This document shows positions 20,769 through 29,586 of a stretch of DNA of 32,000 nucleotides, in pieces (the first letter of the stretch is position 1; the number at the start of each line of letters is the position of its first letter). Source of the DNA: Actinobacillus genomosp. 1 (GTDB lineage: Bacteria > Pseudomonadota > Gammaproteobacteria > Enterobacterales > Pasteurellaceae); the NCBI RefSeq assembly GCF_029774175.1, contig NZ_CP103834.1:1780576-1812575 (forward strand), in the 5' to 3' direction. The position numbers and the translations under genes were made by a program. The notes below the pieces were generated by a model, which saw only the letters and a list, made by a program, of their open reading frames with translations, was not told the origin of the DNA and searched no databases.

Positions 20769-21842
20769 TTACTCATTACCGATTCTGAGTTTTCTTTTCG
20801 CTCTACGTTTCATACGGCGAATAAAACGCGTCACACGCCACGCATGGGTAATCGAATAGGCATAAATAAAAAATAAACCGATAAAGCCAATCGTCATCAG
20901 CCATTGGTTCCAATAATAATATTCGCCTAATACGCCGATGGTAGAACAAATCGCCGCACCGAAAGTAATCACTGCCAATGCTTGCCGAGAAGTCAAACCG
21001 GCACGCATCATTAAATGGTGTAAATGTAAGCGATCGGGTCTAAACGGGCTTTTGCCCTTTTTCAAGCGACGAATAATGACCGCCACCATATCAATCAGCG
21101 GTACGGCAATCAGCCATAAACCGGTAATCGGGCTAATCGTATGCCCTTGACCTTGGGTGCTGAGTAACAGAATCCAAATAATGGTGAAGCCAATCAGGGT
21201 ACTGCCAGAATCGCCCATAAACACTTTCCATTTGGCACCGAATACACTGAGGTTAAACATCGCATACGGAATTAATACGACAATAATCGCAAAACACCAA
21301 TACGCCAACGTATATTGCTCATCCAGCCACATCAGCACGCCGATCCCGGCAAAACTGGCACTGGAAAGTCCGGCTAATAAGCCGTCGATACCGTCCACCA
21401 TATTAAACGCATTAATCACGCCAATCGTGACAAACACGGTAAAAATAATGCCGAGGATCCCAAGCTCAATACTAAACGGCGCAATCACTTGCCCTAAGCT
21501 ATCCAAAGAAAGCCCGTTATAAATCATCAGACCTGCCAAACCGGCTTGAATTCCGGCTCGTAAAAACGGGCTTACATCAAAACGATCGTCCAACACCCCG
21601 ATCACTAACAAAATAGTAACCGCTGCAAGATACAGCCAAGGTAAACGCATATCTTGCCATTCCATAAAATAGAAGGTCAGATTACCTAAAAAAAGTGCAA
21701 TCCCACCGATTAGCGGAATTAAGCCTTGGTGACGTTTACGGAAGTTCGGTTTATCAACTAAACCGATTTTTTCCGCAACCGGTCGCATAAAAATCAGACT
21801 GGCGAACGACACCACAAAAACAGCAATAAAAGTAAGCCACAT
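20769..21842 (-). CDS. wecA: UDP-GlcNAc:undecaprenyl-phosphate GlcNAc-1-phosphate transferase
   Basis: 357 aa polytopic membrane protein of the MraY/WecA family. VLDDRFD, NAFNM.DG.DGL, FMGD.GS and PDR.H.HH motifs. It is the first gene of the wec block, as in E. coli. Confidence 0.92.
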   Translation of the reverse strand: MWLTFIAVFVVSFASLIFMRPVAEKIGLVDKPNFRKRHQGLIPLIGGIALFLGNLTFYFMEWQDMRLPWLYLAAVTILLVIGVLDDRFDVSPFLRAGIQAGLAGLMIYNGLSLDSLGQVIAPFSIELGILGIIFTVFVTIGVINAFNMVDGIDGLLAGLSSASFAGIGVLMWLDEQYTLAYWCFAIIVVLIPYAMFNLSVFGAKWKVFMGDSGSTLIGFTIIWILLLSTQGQGHTISPITGLWLIAVPLIDMVAVIIRRLKKGKSPFRPDRLHLHHLMMRAGLTSRQALAVITFGAAICSTIGVLGEYYYWNQWLMTIGFIGLFFIYAYSITHAWRVTRFIRRMKRRAKRKLRIGNE

Positions 21843-21884
21843 AAGGGGTTTACTCCCTCAAAATCAATAGAAAAAAGTATGTAA

Positions 21885-21912
21885 AGAATATCACAAAGGC
21901 AAGGACTCTCAA
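21885..21912 (-). promoter_or_regulatory. Candidate wecA promoter
   Basis: In minus-strand sense: TTGAGA (21912-21907), 16 nt, TATTCT (21890-21885) preceded by TGA (extended -10-like). It lies 43 nt upstream of the wecA ATG. Confidence 0.25.
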
Positions 21913-22055
21913 ATTTTTTTAGGTTATTTGGGCTTTTTTTTATAAAATGGATAAATATAAAGTTTGCTTTATTTCGTTTAAGAATAACTTTAGAAAATCC
22001 ATTACATACTTTCTCTATTATTGTTCTTTGCTTCGCCAAAGAAAAGTAACCAAAA

Positions 22056-22064
22056 ACAAGCGGT
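22056..22064 (+). repeat. Uptake signal sequence core (ACAAGCGGT)
   Basis: Perfect 9-mer in the wecA/hemL divergent intergenic region. Confidence 0.8.
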
Positions 22065-22140
22065 TATTTTTAAACTATTTTTTGTAAAGCGGAACCTTGT
22101 CGATCAACGCTATTCAGAATTTCAATTTAAGGAATCATTT

Positions 22141-23421
22141 ATGTCTAAATCAGAACAATTGTTTGAAAAAGCTCAGAAAGTTATCCCCGGCGGGGTAAAT
22201 TCGCCGGTGCGTGCATTTAAAGGTGTCGGCGGAACACCGGTATTTATCCAAAAAGCGGAAGGTGCATATATTACCGATTCGGACGGTAAAAAATATATTG
22301 ATTATGTCGGTTCTTGGGGGCCGATGGTATTAGGCCATAATCACCCAGCAATTATTGATGCGGTATTGAAAGCGGTGCCGAACGGTTTAAGTTTCGGTGC
22401 GCCGACCGAAAGCGAAATTACTCTCGCTGAATTGGTCACCAAATTAGTCCCTTCTATCGAATTAGTCCGCATGGTCAGCTCAGGTACCGAAGCAACCATG
22501 TCAGCAATTCGTTTAGCACGCGGTTATACCGGCCGTGACAAAATTATTAAATTTGAAGGCTGTTACCACGGACATTCCGATTCGCTGTTAGTAAAAGCCG
22601 GTTCCGGCGCATTAACTCTCGGTCAGCCAAGCGGTCCGGGTGTACCTGCCGATTTTGCGAAGCACACGCTCACTTGTACTTACAACGATTTAGATTCGGT
22701 AAAAACCGCTTTCGAACAATATCCAAATGAAATTGCCTGTTTAATCGTAGAACCGGTTGCCGGCAATATGAACTGTATTCCGCCGAAAAATGATTTCTTA
22801 AAAGGTTTACGTGCTTTATGTGATCAATACGGTGCGGTGTTTATTATCGATGAAGTGATGACAGGTTTCCGTGTCGCATTAGGCGGTGCGCAAGCCTATT
22901 ACGATGTTAAACCGGATTTAACCACACTCGGTAAAATTATCGGCGGCGGTATGCCGGTGGGTGCGTTTGGCGGTAAAAAAGAAATTATGGAATACATTGC
23001 ACCGACAGGGCCGGTATATCAGGCAGGTACGCTTTCAGGTAACCCAATTGCAATGGCGGCCGGTCTAGCTTGTTTAACCGAACTCTCCAAAGCGGGTAAT
23101 GAAGAGAAACTTGCCGCACAAACCAAAACATTGGCGGAAGGTTTAAAAGCTCTGGCGGCAAAACATAACATACCGTTTACCGCTCAATATGTCGGCGGTA
23201 TGTTCGGTTTATTCTTTACCGAGCAGACGGAGGTCACGAATTTCCAAGAGGTAATGAAGTGCGATGCGGAAAAATTCAACCGCTTCTTCCATTTAATGTT
23301 GGAACAGGGCGTATATCTTGCCCCAAGCGCATTTGAAGCGGGCTTTATGTCTCTTGCACATAGCGATGAAGATATTCAAGCGACTCTAGCGGCGGCTGAC
23401 AAAGCGTTTGCCCAATTATAA
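22141..23421 (+). CDS. hemL: Glutamate-1-semialdehyde 2,1-aminomutase
   Basis: 426 aa from the ATG at 22141 (AAGGA RBS), the same length as E. coli HemL. SE.LF..A...[12 protein letters not shown] and the [15 protein letters not shown] / [16 protein letters not shown] (PLP lysine) motifs are present. The 40-codon extension from TTG 22021 in the ORF track is rejected. Confidence 0.95.
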   Translation: MSKSEQLFEKAQKVIPGGVNSPVRAFKGVGGTPVFIQKAEGAYITDSDGKKYIDYVGSWGPMVLGHNHPAIIDAVLKAVPNGLSFGAPTESEITLAELVTKLVPSIELVRMVSSGTEATMSAIRLARGYTGRDKIIKFEGCYHGHSDSLLVKAGSGALTLGQPSGPGVPADFAKHTLTCTYNDLDSVKTAFEQYPNEIACLIVEPVAGNMNCIPPKNDFLKGLRALCDQYGAVFIIDEVMTGFRVALGGAQAYYDVKPDLTTLGKIIGGGMPVGAFGGKKEIMEYIAPTGPVYQAGTLSGNPIAMAAGLACLTELSKAGNEEKLAAQTKTLAEGLKALAAKHNIPFTAQYVGGMFGLFFTEQTEVTNFQEVMKCDAEKFNRFFHLMLEQGVYLAPSAFEAGFMSLAHSDEDIQATLAAADKAFAQL

Positions 23422-23432
23422 TTAGCCTATTT

Positions 23433-23470
23433 ATCCGCCCTCAATACGTAATTTGATATTGAGGGCGGAT
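23433..23470. terminator. Bidirectional terminator between convergent hemL and the MFS gene
   Basis: atccgccctcaata-(10 nt)-tattgagggcggat forms a perfect 14-bp GC-containing stem with ttgttc / tattta tails. Confidence 0.7.
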
Positions 23471-23476
23471 TGTTCT

Positions 23477-24544
23477 CTAAACTAAAAAAATATACGGCAA
23501 TATATTCATAATACCGGCGGTCGTTACCGCTAAGAGCAACTTCGATAAACCGAACATTAATCCCTGATTTTCCCCTCTATCTAATTTAACCAACATATTG
23601 GCAAGTGCCGTATTCGCAAATAATCCGACCAAAGCGAAAATAGCTAAATATAAAAATGCGGTAATTTCGGAAAGATATTCGAGTGCGTAAAACCACGGTA
23701 CAATCAATAAAGCAATTAACAATGGGGCAATATAATTCAGTTTTACCACACCAAAATTAATATGACGCGAAAAACCGCTTTGCAATAGTACGGCGATTAA
23801 ATTATTGATAAAAAACGCAATCGGAACCAGTTCTTGTCTATCTAACAATTCGGTAAAAATATACGGAAAAATCACATAAAAAGCCGAACTCATGCCTAAC
23901 GGAATAAATAGCAATAAATGTACGAAAATAAACCGCTTGTTAATCACTTCTTTAAACTGCGTGAAGCGAAAAGGTGCAAAACGAAAATCACACTTTCTTC
24001 TCGGCATCATTTGCCACATAAAAAGTAACATCATGACTTCGATCGCACAGCAGCACCAAATTAACCATTCCGCTTTTTGATAATGAATAAACGGAATGGA
24101 AACTAACGGTGCAACCATCGATGCCATACTGGAAATTTTAAGGAACTTACCCTGCGCCTTAGTTTTAGACGAATACTCATCATCCGCATTAGAAAGCAAA
24201 AACGCTCGTGCATTGGTACTGAACAACGTGCTGCCTAAACCAAAGCAAAAGGTTGCCAACAGCAATAAGCTGTAGTGATTTATCGTGAGTAATAAAATAT
24301 AACCCAACGAATCAAGTAAACAACCGAACATCATCACCGACGTACGCCCGTAGCGATCTCCCCATGAACCGGCGAATAGCGAAAAAGCCTGGCTGGCAAA
24401 AACTAATAAAGAAAATGCACTGGCAATTTGTGCCGTATCAAACCCTTTGTGTTTCATTAAATAAATAAAGAACACACTTTGCATAGCCGTATAGGCAAGC
24501 CCGGAAAAAAAACGTCTCCATAAAATAATATTCTGCACATTCAT
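23477..24544 (-). CDS. Major-facilitator-superfamily transporter, substrate unknown
   Basis: 355 aa with about 11 hydrophobic segments. Classic MFS motif A between TM2 and TM3 (GSWGDRYGRTS). AAGGA RBS is present. Confidence 0.75.
   Translation of the reverse strand: MNVQNIILWRRFFSGLAYTAMQSVFFIYLMKHKGFDTAQIASAFSLLVFASQAFSLFAGSWGDRYGRTSVMMFGCLLDSLGYILLLTINHYSLLLLATFCFGLGSTLFSTNARAFLLSNADDEYSSKTKAQGKFLKISSMASMVAPLVSIPFIHYQKAEWLIWCCCAIEVMMLLFMWQMMPRRKCDFRFAPFRFTQFKEVINKRFIFVHLLLFIPLGMSSAFYVIFPYIFTELLDRQELVPIAFFINNLIAVLLQSGFSRHINFGVVKLNYIAPLLIALLIVPWFYALEYLSEITAFLYLAIFALVGLFANTALANMLVKLDRGENQGLMFGLSKLLLAVTTAGIMNILPYIFLV
23932..23940 (-). repeat. Uptake signal sequence core (ACAAGCGGT)
   Basis: Perfect 9-mer accgcttgt inside the MFS gene. 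Confidence 0.8.
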
Positions 24545-24563
24545 ACTTTATATCCTTATTTTG

Positions 24564-26135
24564 CTATGCAGATCGAAAATCTCTCTTACGAATACCCAAT
24601 ACAAATAACGAACTAAAATAGACAATCGCCGCCAGTACGATTAACCAAACTAACCAATATACTTTTAACCAAGTACTCATCGCATGCCAACTTGCGATAC
24701 TCGGAGAAAAATAAGCGACTAACGCCCCCATCAAACAAGCCGAAATCGCCACTTTCAATACGAATATACCGGTTTTAGCCGTTACTTTATACACACCGGT
24801 TTTAGCAAGACCGCGATAAAGTAACGACGCATTCACCGCTGCAGAAAGTGCCGATGCCATTGCTAAACCTAAATAGCCGAACGGAATTGCCAATACGCCG
24901 AAACAGATATTACAAATGGTTGCGATAATGCCGATTTTGACCGGTGTTTTGGTATTTTGGCGGGCATAGAAGCCGTTTGCCAAAATACTGATTAACATAT
25001 AACTGTTCAAGCCTAAGCACATAATCCATAATGCGTTAGAGGTGGCTACCACATCCGATAAACCGAATTTGCCTCGCATAAAGATGGTCATCATTAACGG
25101 TTGCGCCAATATGGCGATACCAATCATTGCAGGAATACCGAGTAATAACACCATTCTCACGCCCCAATCCATTGTGCCTTGAAATTCCAACGCACGTTGC
25201 GCTTCATCAATCTCTTTCTTTTTCGCAATACGCGATAAACTTGGCAACACAACCGTAGAAATCGCAATACCGAATAGTCCGAGCGGAAATTCGATTAAGC
25301 GGTCGGAATAATATAACCACGTAATCGAACCGGTCACTAAAAAGCTGGCAATCACTTGATTGATTAACAAATTGAATTGAGTCACAGAAACCCCGAACAA
25401 TGCCGGAAGCATTAAGTTACGGACTTTAGCGACCCCTTCATCTTTCCACGCCCATTTCGGTTTAACCAGTAAACCTTCTTTTTTCATAAACGGAATTTGG
25501 AATAAGAATTGCAACAAGCCGCCGAGAAAGATCCCCCAAGCTAAGGCAACATCGGGTTGTTCGAAGTAATCTGCACCGAATAACGCCATACTGATCATCG
25601 CAATATTCAGTAATACCGGCGAAAACGCCATCACCCCAAACTTACCAATGGTATTTAATACCGCACCGGACAGTGCGACAAAGGTAATAAACCATAAATA
25701 AGGGAAAGTGATTTTCAGTAATAATGAAGCTTGGGTAAATTTTTGTGCGTCCGGGCCGTCATTGACCCAATCCATAAACCAACCGGTACCGAATAAGGCG
25801 GCGACTACAGGCGAACCAATCATTGCCACTAAAGTGACAATCGTGACTAAACCGCCTAGTGTACCGGACACTTTTGCGACAAATTCACGAGTTTTGTCTA
25901 AATCGTTATCGGCGTTATATTCGGCAAGTACCGGCACGAACGCCTTTGAAAATGCGCCTTCCGCAAATAAGCGGCGTAAAAAGTTCGGAATACGGTTGGC
26001 AAACAGAAATACGTCCGACATCGCTCCGGCACCGAGTAAGCCGGCGATCACCACATCACGCACGAGTCCGAGAACTCGAGAAATCAAGGTCATTGAACTG
26101 ACAATCATGCCCGACTTTAAAAGTTTTTTGCTCAT
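24564..26135 (-). CDS. murJ: Lipid II flippase MurJ (MviN)
   Basis: 523 aa. The N-terminus LLKSGMIVSSMTLISRVLGLVRDVVIA..LGAGAMSDVFLFANRIPNFLRRLFAEGAFSKAFVPVLAEY is the conserved MurJ/MviN signature. Confidence 0.94.
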   Translation of the reverse strand: MSKKLLKSGMIVSSMTLISRVLGLVRDVVIAGLLGAGAMSDVFLFANRIPNFLRRLFAEGAFSKAFVPVLAEYNADNDLDKTREFVAKVSGTLGGLVTIVTLVAMIGSPVVAALFGTGWFMDWVNDGPDAQKFTQASLLLKITFPYLWFITFVALSGAVLNTIGKFGVMAFSPVLLNIAMISMALFGADYFEQPDVALAWGIFLGGLLQFLFQIPFMKKEGLLVKPKWAWKDEGVAKVRNLMLPALFGVSVTQFNLLINQVIASFLVTGSITWLYYSDRLIEFPLGLFGIAISTVVLPSLSRIAKKKEIDEAQRALEFQGTMDWGVRMVLLLGIPAMIGIAILAQPLMMTIFMRGKFGLSDVVATSNALWIMCLGLNSYMLISILANGFYARQNTKTPVKIGIIATICNICFGVLAIPFGYLGLAMASALSAAVNASLLYRGLAKTGVYKVTAKTGIFVLKVAISACLMGALVAYFSPSIASWHAMSTWLKVYWLVWLIVLAAIVYFSSLFVLGIRKRDFRSA

Positions 26136-26251
26136 AAGCGTTATAAATTCATATCAAAATTAAAGTATAGCAGTTTAACAAAAGGGCTTTGAATACGTTA
26201 TCGGAAACGCCGCATAAGTTAAACTTTTCTTGATCTTAATCGCGGTTTGTT

Positions 26252-26260
26252 ACAAGCGGT
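26252..26260 (+). repeat. Uptake signal sequence core (ACAAGCGGT)
   Basis: Perfect 9-mer in the murJ/rpsT intergenic region. An 8/9 inverted partner (accgcttat) sits at 26301-26309. Confidence 0.8.
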
Positions 26261-26337
26261 TCGTTTTTATCCATTTTTTACAAAAATCTCTCAAGATCCG
26301 ACCGCTTATCCTAAGATCCCCATAGAAATTGCACGGA

Positions 26338-26383
26338 ATTTTATCAGTTTGTTATAGGAAAATCAGAAAAAAACTGATAAAAT
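26338..26383. promoter_or_regulatory. 13-bp perfect inverted repeat; each arm reads as an outward-facing extended -10 element (TGATAAAAT)
   Basis: attttatcagttt (26338-26350) and aaactgataaaat (26371-26383), with a 20-nt spacer. The right arm on the plus strand and the left arm on the minus strand both read aaacTGaTAAAAT. Confidence 0.4.
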
Positions 26384-26527
26384 CTCCGCCTATCGTTTTC
26401 TTACTAGCAAAACGGTGTTATTTTCAAGCACGTGTCTCGTTGAAAATGAATTTAAACTATCGATAGCTAAACATAAACCAAAGTTTATGTTTTTTAATTT
26501 TTACACAGATATTTTAGGAGTTTGACC

Positions 26528-26791
26528 TTGGCTAATATCAAGTCAGCAAAAAAACGTGCGGTTCAATCTGAAAAACGCCGCCAACACAACGCAAGCCAAC
26601 GCTCAATGATGCGTACTTTCATCAAGAAAGTATATGCAGCGGTAGCGGCAGGCGATAAAGCAGCTTCACAAGCGGCTTTCGTTGAAATGCAAAAAGTAGT
26701 GGACCGTATGGCATCTAAAGGCTTAATCCACGCTAACAAAGCAGCTAACCACAAAGCAAATTTAGCAGCTCAAATCAAAAAATTAGCGTAA
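26528..26791 (+). CDS. rpsT: 30S ribosomal protein S20 (UUG start)
   Basis: From TTG 26528 the product begins [27 protein letters not shown], like E. coli S20, and is 87 aa. AGGAG (26516-26520) lies 7 nt upstream. The TTG at 26522 in the ORF track is only 1 nt from the SD. Confidence 0.93.
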   Translation: MANIKSAKKRAVQSEKRRQHNASQRSMMRTFIKKVYAAVAAGDKAASQAAFVEMQKVVDRMASKGLIHANKAANHKANLAAQIKKLA

Positions 26792-26809
26792 TTGCTTTTT
26801 GTATAAAAG

Positions 26810-26834
26810 AACCGACCAAATGGTCGGTTTTTTT
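26810..26834. terminator. Bidirectional terminator between convergent rpsT and trkA
   Basis: aaaagaaccgacc-aaat-ggtcggttttttt. Stem accgacc/ggtcggt with a T-run on the plus strand and an A-run upstream. Confidence 0.75.
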
Positions 26835-26848
26835 ATCTCTGTTTTCCG

Positions 26849-28225
26849 CTACAGGAAGAACGTACCTAATTGGAATAATTTCTCAATTTCCCCAACTTGT
26901 TTTTTCTCATTTACAAAAATAATCACGCTGTCGTTTTCTTCGATTTCCGTTGATTTATGCGCAATTAATACTTCGTCACGACGCACAATCGCACCGACAA
27001 CCGCACCTTGCGGCAATTTTAATTCTCGAACCGCTCTGCCGACTACTTTTGATGATTCCTTATCACCATGTGCAATCACTTCAATACATTCCGCTTGTCC
27101 CTGTTTGAGCGAAGCGACTTGTACAATATCACCTTTACGTACGTGGCTAGATAAGGCGGAAATAGTCGCCTGTTTTGGAGAGAGAGCAATATCAATCGTA
27201 CCGCCTTGGATCAAATGAAGATATGCGTTGCGCTGTACTAACACAATCGCTTTCTTTGCACCTAAACGTTTTGCCAGTAATGCCGACATAATATTAGCTT
27301 CATCGTCACCGCTTAACGCAAGAAACAAATCGATATTCTCAATATGCTCTTCAAACAATAATTCCTGATCTGAAGCATCACCGCACAATACCAACGTTTT
27401 TTCCAATTTCTCCGCCAGTTTTTCCGCACGTTTCGGATCTCGTTCGATCATTTTCACGCTATATTGTTCTTCAAGATCCTTCGCCAGCCCCATACCGATA
27501 CTACCGCCACCGACGATCATGACTCGCTTATGCGGTTTATCCAAACGTTGCAATTCGCTCATCACCGCTTTTATATTATGGGTCGCACAGATAAAGAACA
27601 CTTCATCACCGGCTTCAATAATCGTTGAACCTTGTGGCAAAATCGCACGTTCTTGACGGAAAATCGCAACAACACGCGCTTCTATATAAGGTAAATGATC
27701 ACGTAAAGCGGAAATCGGATAGCCGACTAACGGTCCGCCGTAGTAGGCTTTCACACTGACTAAGCTGACTAATTCATTGGCAAAATGCGCTACCTGCAAC
27801 GCACCTGGATAGTTAATCAGGCGCAAGATTTCTTTTTTAACCAAAACTTCCGGGGCAATAATATGGTCGATTGGTAACGCCGCATCATTAAACAGCTGTT
27901 CCTTCTCTCGCACATAATCGGAATTACGGATACGAGCGATCTTAGTCGGAATATGAAACAAGGTATGTGCAATTTGACAGGCAATCATATTGGTTTCGTC
28001 ACTTTCGGTAACCGCTACCAATAAATCCGCATCACTTGCTCCGGCATCACGTAAAATTCGCGGCGATGCGCCGTTGCCTTTTAATACTTGCAAATCGTGC
28101 TTATCTTGCAACGTGTTCAAACGACTTTGATCATCATCGATCAACGTAATATCGTTATCTTCACTCACTAAGTTTTCTGCAAGGGTCGAACCGACCTGAC
28201 CCGCACCTAAAATAATAATTTTCAT
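26849..28225 (-). CDS. trkA: Trk potassium uptake system NAD-binding protein TrkA
   Basis: From the ATG at 28225 the product is 458 aa and begins [19 protein letters not shown], as E. coli TrkA does (458 aa), with two RCK/Rossmann repeats (second: [14 protein letters not shown]). It ends ...LFQLGTFFL. The TTG at 28237 in the ORF track is rejected. Confidence 0.94.
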   Translation of the reverse strand: MKIIILGAGQVGSTLAENLVSEDNDITLIDDDQSRLNTLQDKHDLQVLKGNGASPRILRDAGASDADLLVAVTESDETNMIACQIAHTLFHIPTKIARIRNSDYVREKEQLFNDAALPIDHIIAPEVLVKKEILRLINYPGALQVAHFANELVSLVSVKAYYGGPLVGYPISALRDHLPYIEARVVAIFRQERAILPQGSTIIEAGDEVFFICATHNIKAVMSELQRLDKPHKRVMIVGGGSIGMGLAKDLEEQYSVKMIERDPKRAEKLAEKLEKTLVLCGDASDQELLFEEHIENIDLFLALSGDDEANIMSALLAKRLGAKKAIVLVQRNAYLHLIQGGTIDIALSPKQATISALSSHVRKGDIVQVASLKQGQAECIEVIAHGDKESSKVVGRAVRELKLPQGAVVGAIVRRDEVLIAHKSTEIEENDSVIIFVNEKKQVGEIEKLFQLGTFFL

Positions 28226-28274
28226 CTTAAAATCCAATCGCCGAAAGATAAATAAACCTTTATCTTAAGGCAAT

Positions 28275-29573
28275 TTATTGTTTAATTAATTTCGCATAAA
28301 AGAAACCGTCACCACCCTGCTCTTGTGGGAAAAATTGCTTCATTGTAGTTTTTTCGCCGTTGAAATCCATTTCCGCTAATACCGCATCCGAATGGCTTTC
28401 GACAAAACGAGTAATTTGCTCACTATTTTCCTGCGGCAATACTGAGCAAGTCGCATAAACCAATACGCCGTTCGGTTTTAATCTTGCCCAAAGCGCATTG
28501 AGGATTTTTGCCTGTAACGCCACCAATTCGGCAATATCGCTTTCTTTACGTAACCATTTAATATCCGGATGACGGCGAATAACACCGGTTGCAGAACAAG
28601 GCGCATCGAGCAAAATACGATCAAACATTACATTATCGTCTAACCACTCCGCCGGTTTGGAAGCATCACCGCAAATCACTTTTGCCGTTTGTCCGAGACG
28701 TTCCAAATTCTCACGTACACGTTTTAGACGACTTTCTTCAATATCTAACGCAATCACATTCGCTTGCGGTGCGACTTCCAAAATATGCGTAGTTTTGCCG
28801 CCCGGTGCGGCGCAAGCGTCTAAAATTAATTCGCCGTTTTGTGCTTCCAGCAACGTTGCCGACCATTGCGCATGCGCATCTTGCACCGTTGCCCAACCTT
28901 GTTCAAAATTCATCAATTTATGCACCGGCACCGGATTGGCTAACAAAATTGCCGATTCAGGCACGCAAGCGGTCGTATTTTCCGGACTTTTTGCCACTAA
29001 ATCGCCTAACAATACGCGGTAATCTTGCGGTTTAATCTGCTGAATATTACTACGAATCCACATCGGCGGACGCTGATTATTCGCTTCAATAATCTCTCGC
29101 CAATTCGGATAGGCTTTTTTCAGCTTGTTCACAAACCATTCCGGGTGAAGCGTTTGCCAGTTTTTATCGAATTTAGCTAATAACGCCTCTTTTTCACGTA
29201 AGAAACGACGTAGCACGCCATTGATAAGCGATTTCAAAGTATCTAATTTTAGCGACTTTGTCGCATTAACCGCTTCATCAACCGCCGCAAATTCCGGCAC
29301 TCGCATATAAAGCAACTGATAAAGTCCGACTAATAACAGGCAATGCACCAAACGCGTTTTACCTTTTAACGGTTTTTCCACCGCTTGCGCAATGACAGCT
29401 TCAAGACGAGGTAAAGTACGGCAGACACCAAAGGTAATCTCTTGTACCAGCGGTAAATCTTTCGCTTCTAATTTTGCTTGCGCTTCGGGAATTAAGGTGG
29501 CAAGCGATTTGCCTTGATCGAGTACTTGTAAAATAATTTGTGCGGCAACCGCACGGGCATTTTGTTTTTTCAT
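28275..29573 (-). CDS. rsmB: 16S rRNA (cytosine967-C5)-methyltransferase RsmB (Sun)
   Basis: N-terminal NusB-like domain plus C-terminal SAM methyltransferase domain ([33 protein letters not shown]). I chose the ATG at 29573 ([12 protein letters not shown]..., like E. coli MKKQRNLRSMAAQ). The GTG at 29606 in the ORF track would overlap selB. There is no clear SD for either. Confidence 0.88.
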   Translation of the reverse strand: MKKQNARAVAAQIILQVLDQGKSLATLIPEAQAKLEAKDLPLVQEITFGVCRTLPRLEAVIAQAVEKPLKGKTRLVHCLLLVGLYQLLYMRVPEFAAVDEAVNATKSLKLDTLKSLINGVLRRFLREKEALLAKFDKNWQTLHPEWFVNKLKKAYPNWREIIEANNQRPPMWIRSNIQQIKPQDYRVLLGDLVAKSPENTTACVPESAILLANPVPVHKLMNFEQGWATVQDAHAQWSATLLEAQNGELILDACAAPGGKTTHILEVAPQANVIALDIEESRLKRVRENLERLGQTAKVICGDASKPAEWLDDNVMFDRILLDAPCSATGVIRRHPDIKWLRKESDIAELVALQAKILNALWARLKPNGVLVYATCSVLPQENSEQITRFVESHSDAVLAEMDFNGEKTTMKQFFPQEQGGDGFFYAKLIKQ

Positions 29574-29586
29574 TAATTTATTCTTA

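Noticed and set aside
21794-22039. 81-aa minus-strand ORF spanning the wecA start and the wecA/hemL intergenic region
   Set aside because: It overlaps the wecA 5' end out of frame. It runs through AT-rich promoter DNA with low-complexity translation and has no RBS. The region is better explained as divergent promoters plus a USS.
23477-24544. Possible C-terminal truncation of the MFS transporter (355 aa, about 11 hydrophobic segments instead of 12)
   Set aside because: My TM count by eye is imprecise. The gene has a normal RBS, an intact motif A, and ends right at a strong terminator. There is no frameshift remnant downstream, so I cannot support a pseudogene call.
28245-28266. AT-rich hairpin aagataaa-taaacc-tttatctt between rsmB and trkA
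   Set aside because: The 8-bp stem is all A/T apart from one G-C pair and has no U-tail on either strand. It is likely to be insignificant in AT-rich spacer DNA.
12048-29035. Antisense or overlapping ORFs inside well-supported genes (e.g. 12048-12338, 13663-13908, 13963-14250, 16293-16565, 17943-18188, 20938-21150, 21157-21522, 23892-24080, 25708-26163, 25859-26101, 26563-26754, 26799-27218, 28589-29035; also 63-287, 1140-1433, 8867-9052, 9095-9292, 10840-11106, 15452-15634, 31109-31662)
   Set aside because: Each is fully embedded in, or antisense to, a long ORF with clear homology. None has a convincing RBS or a recognisable product.
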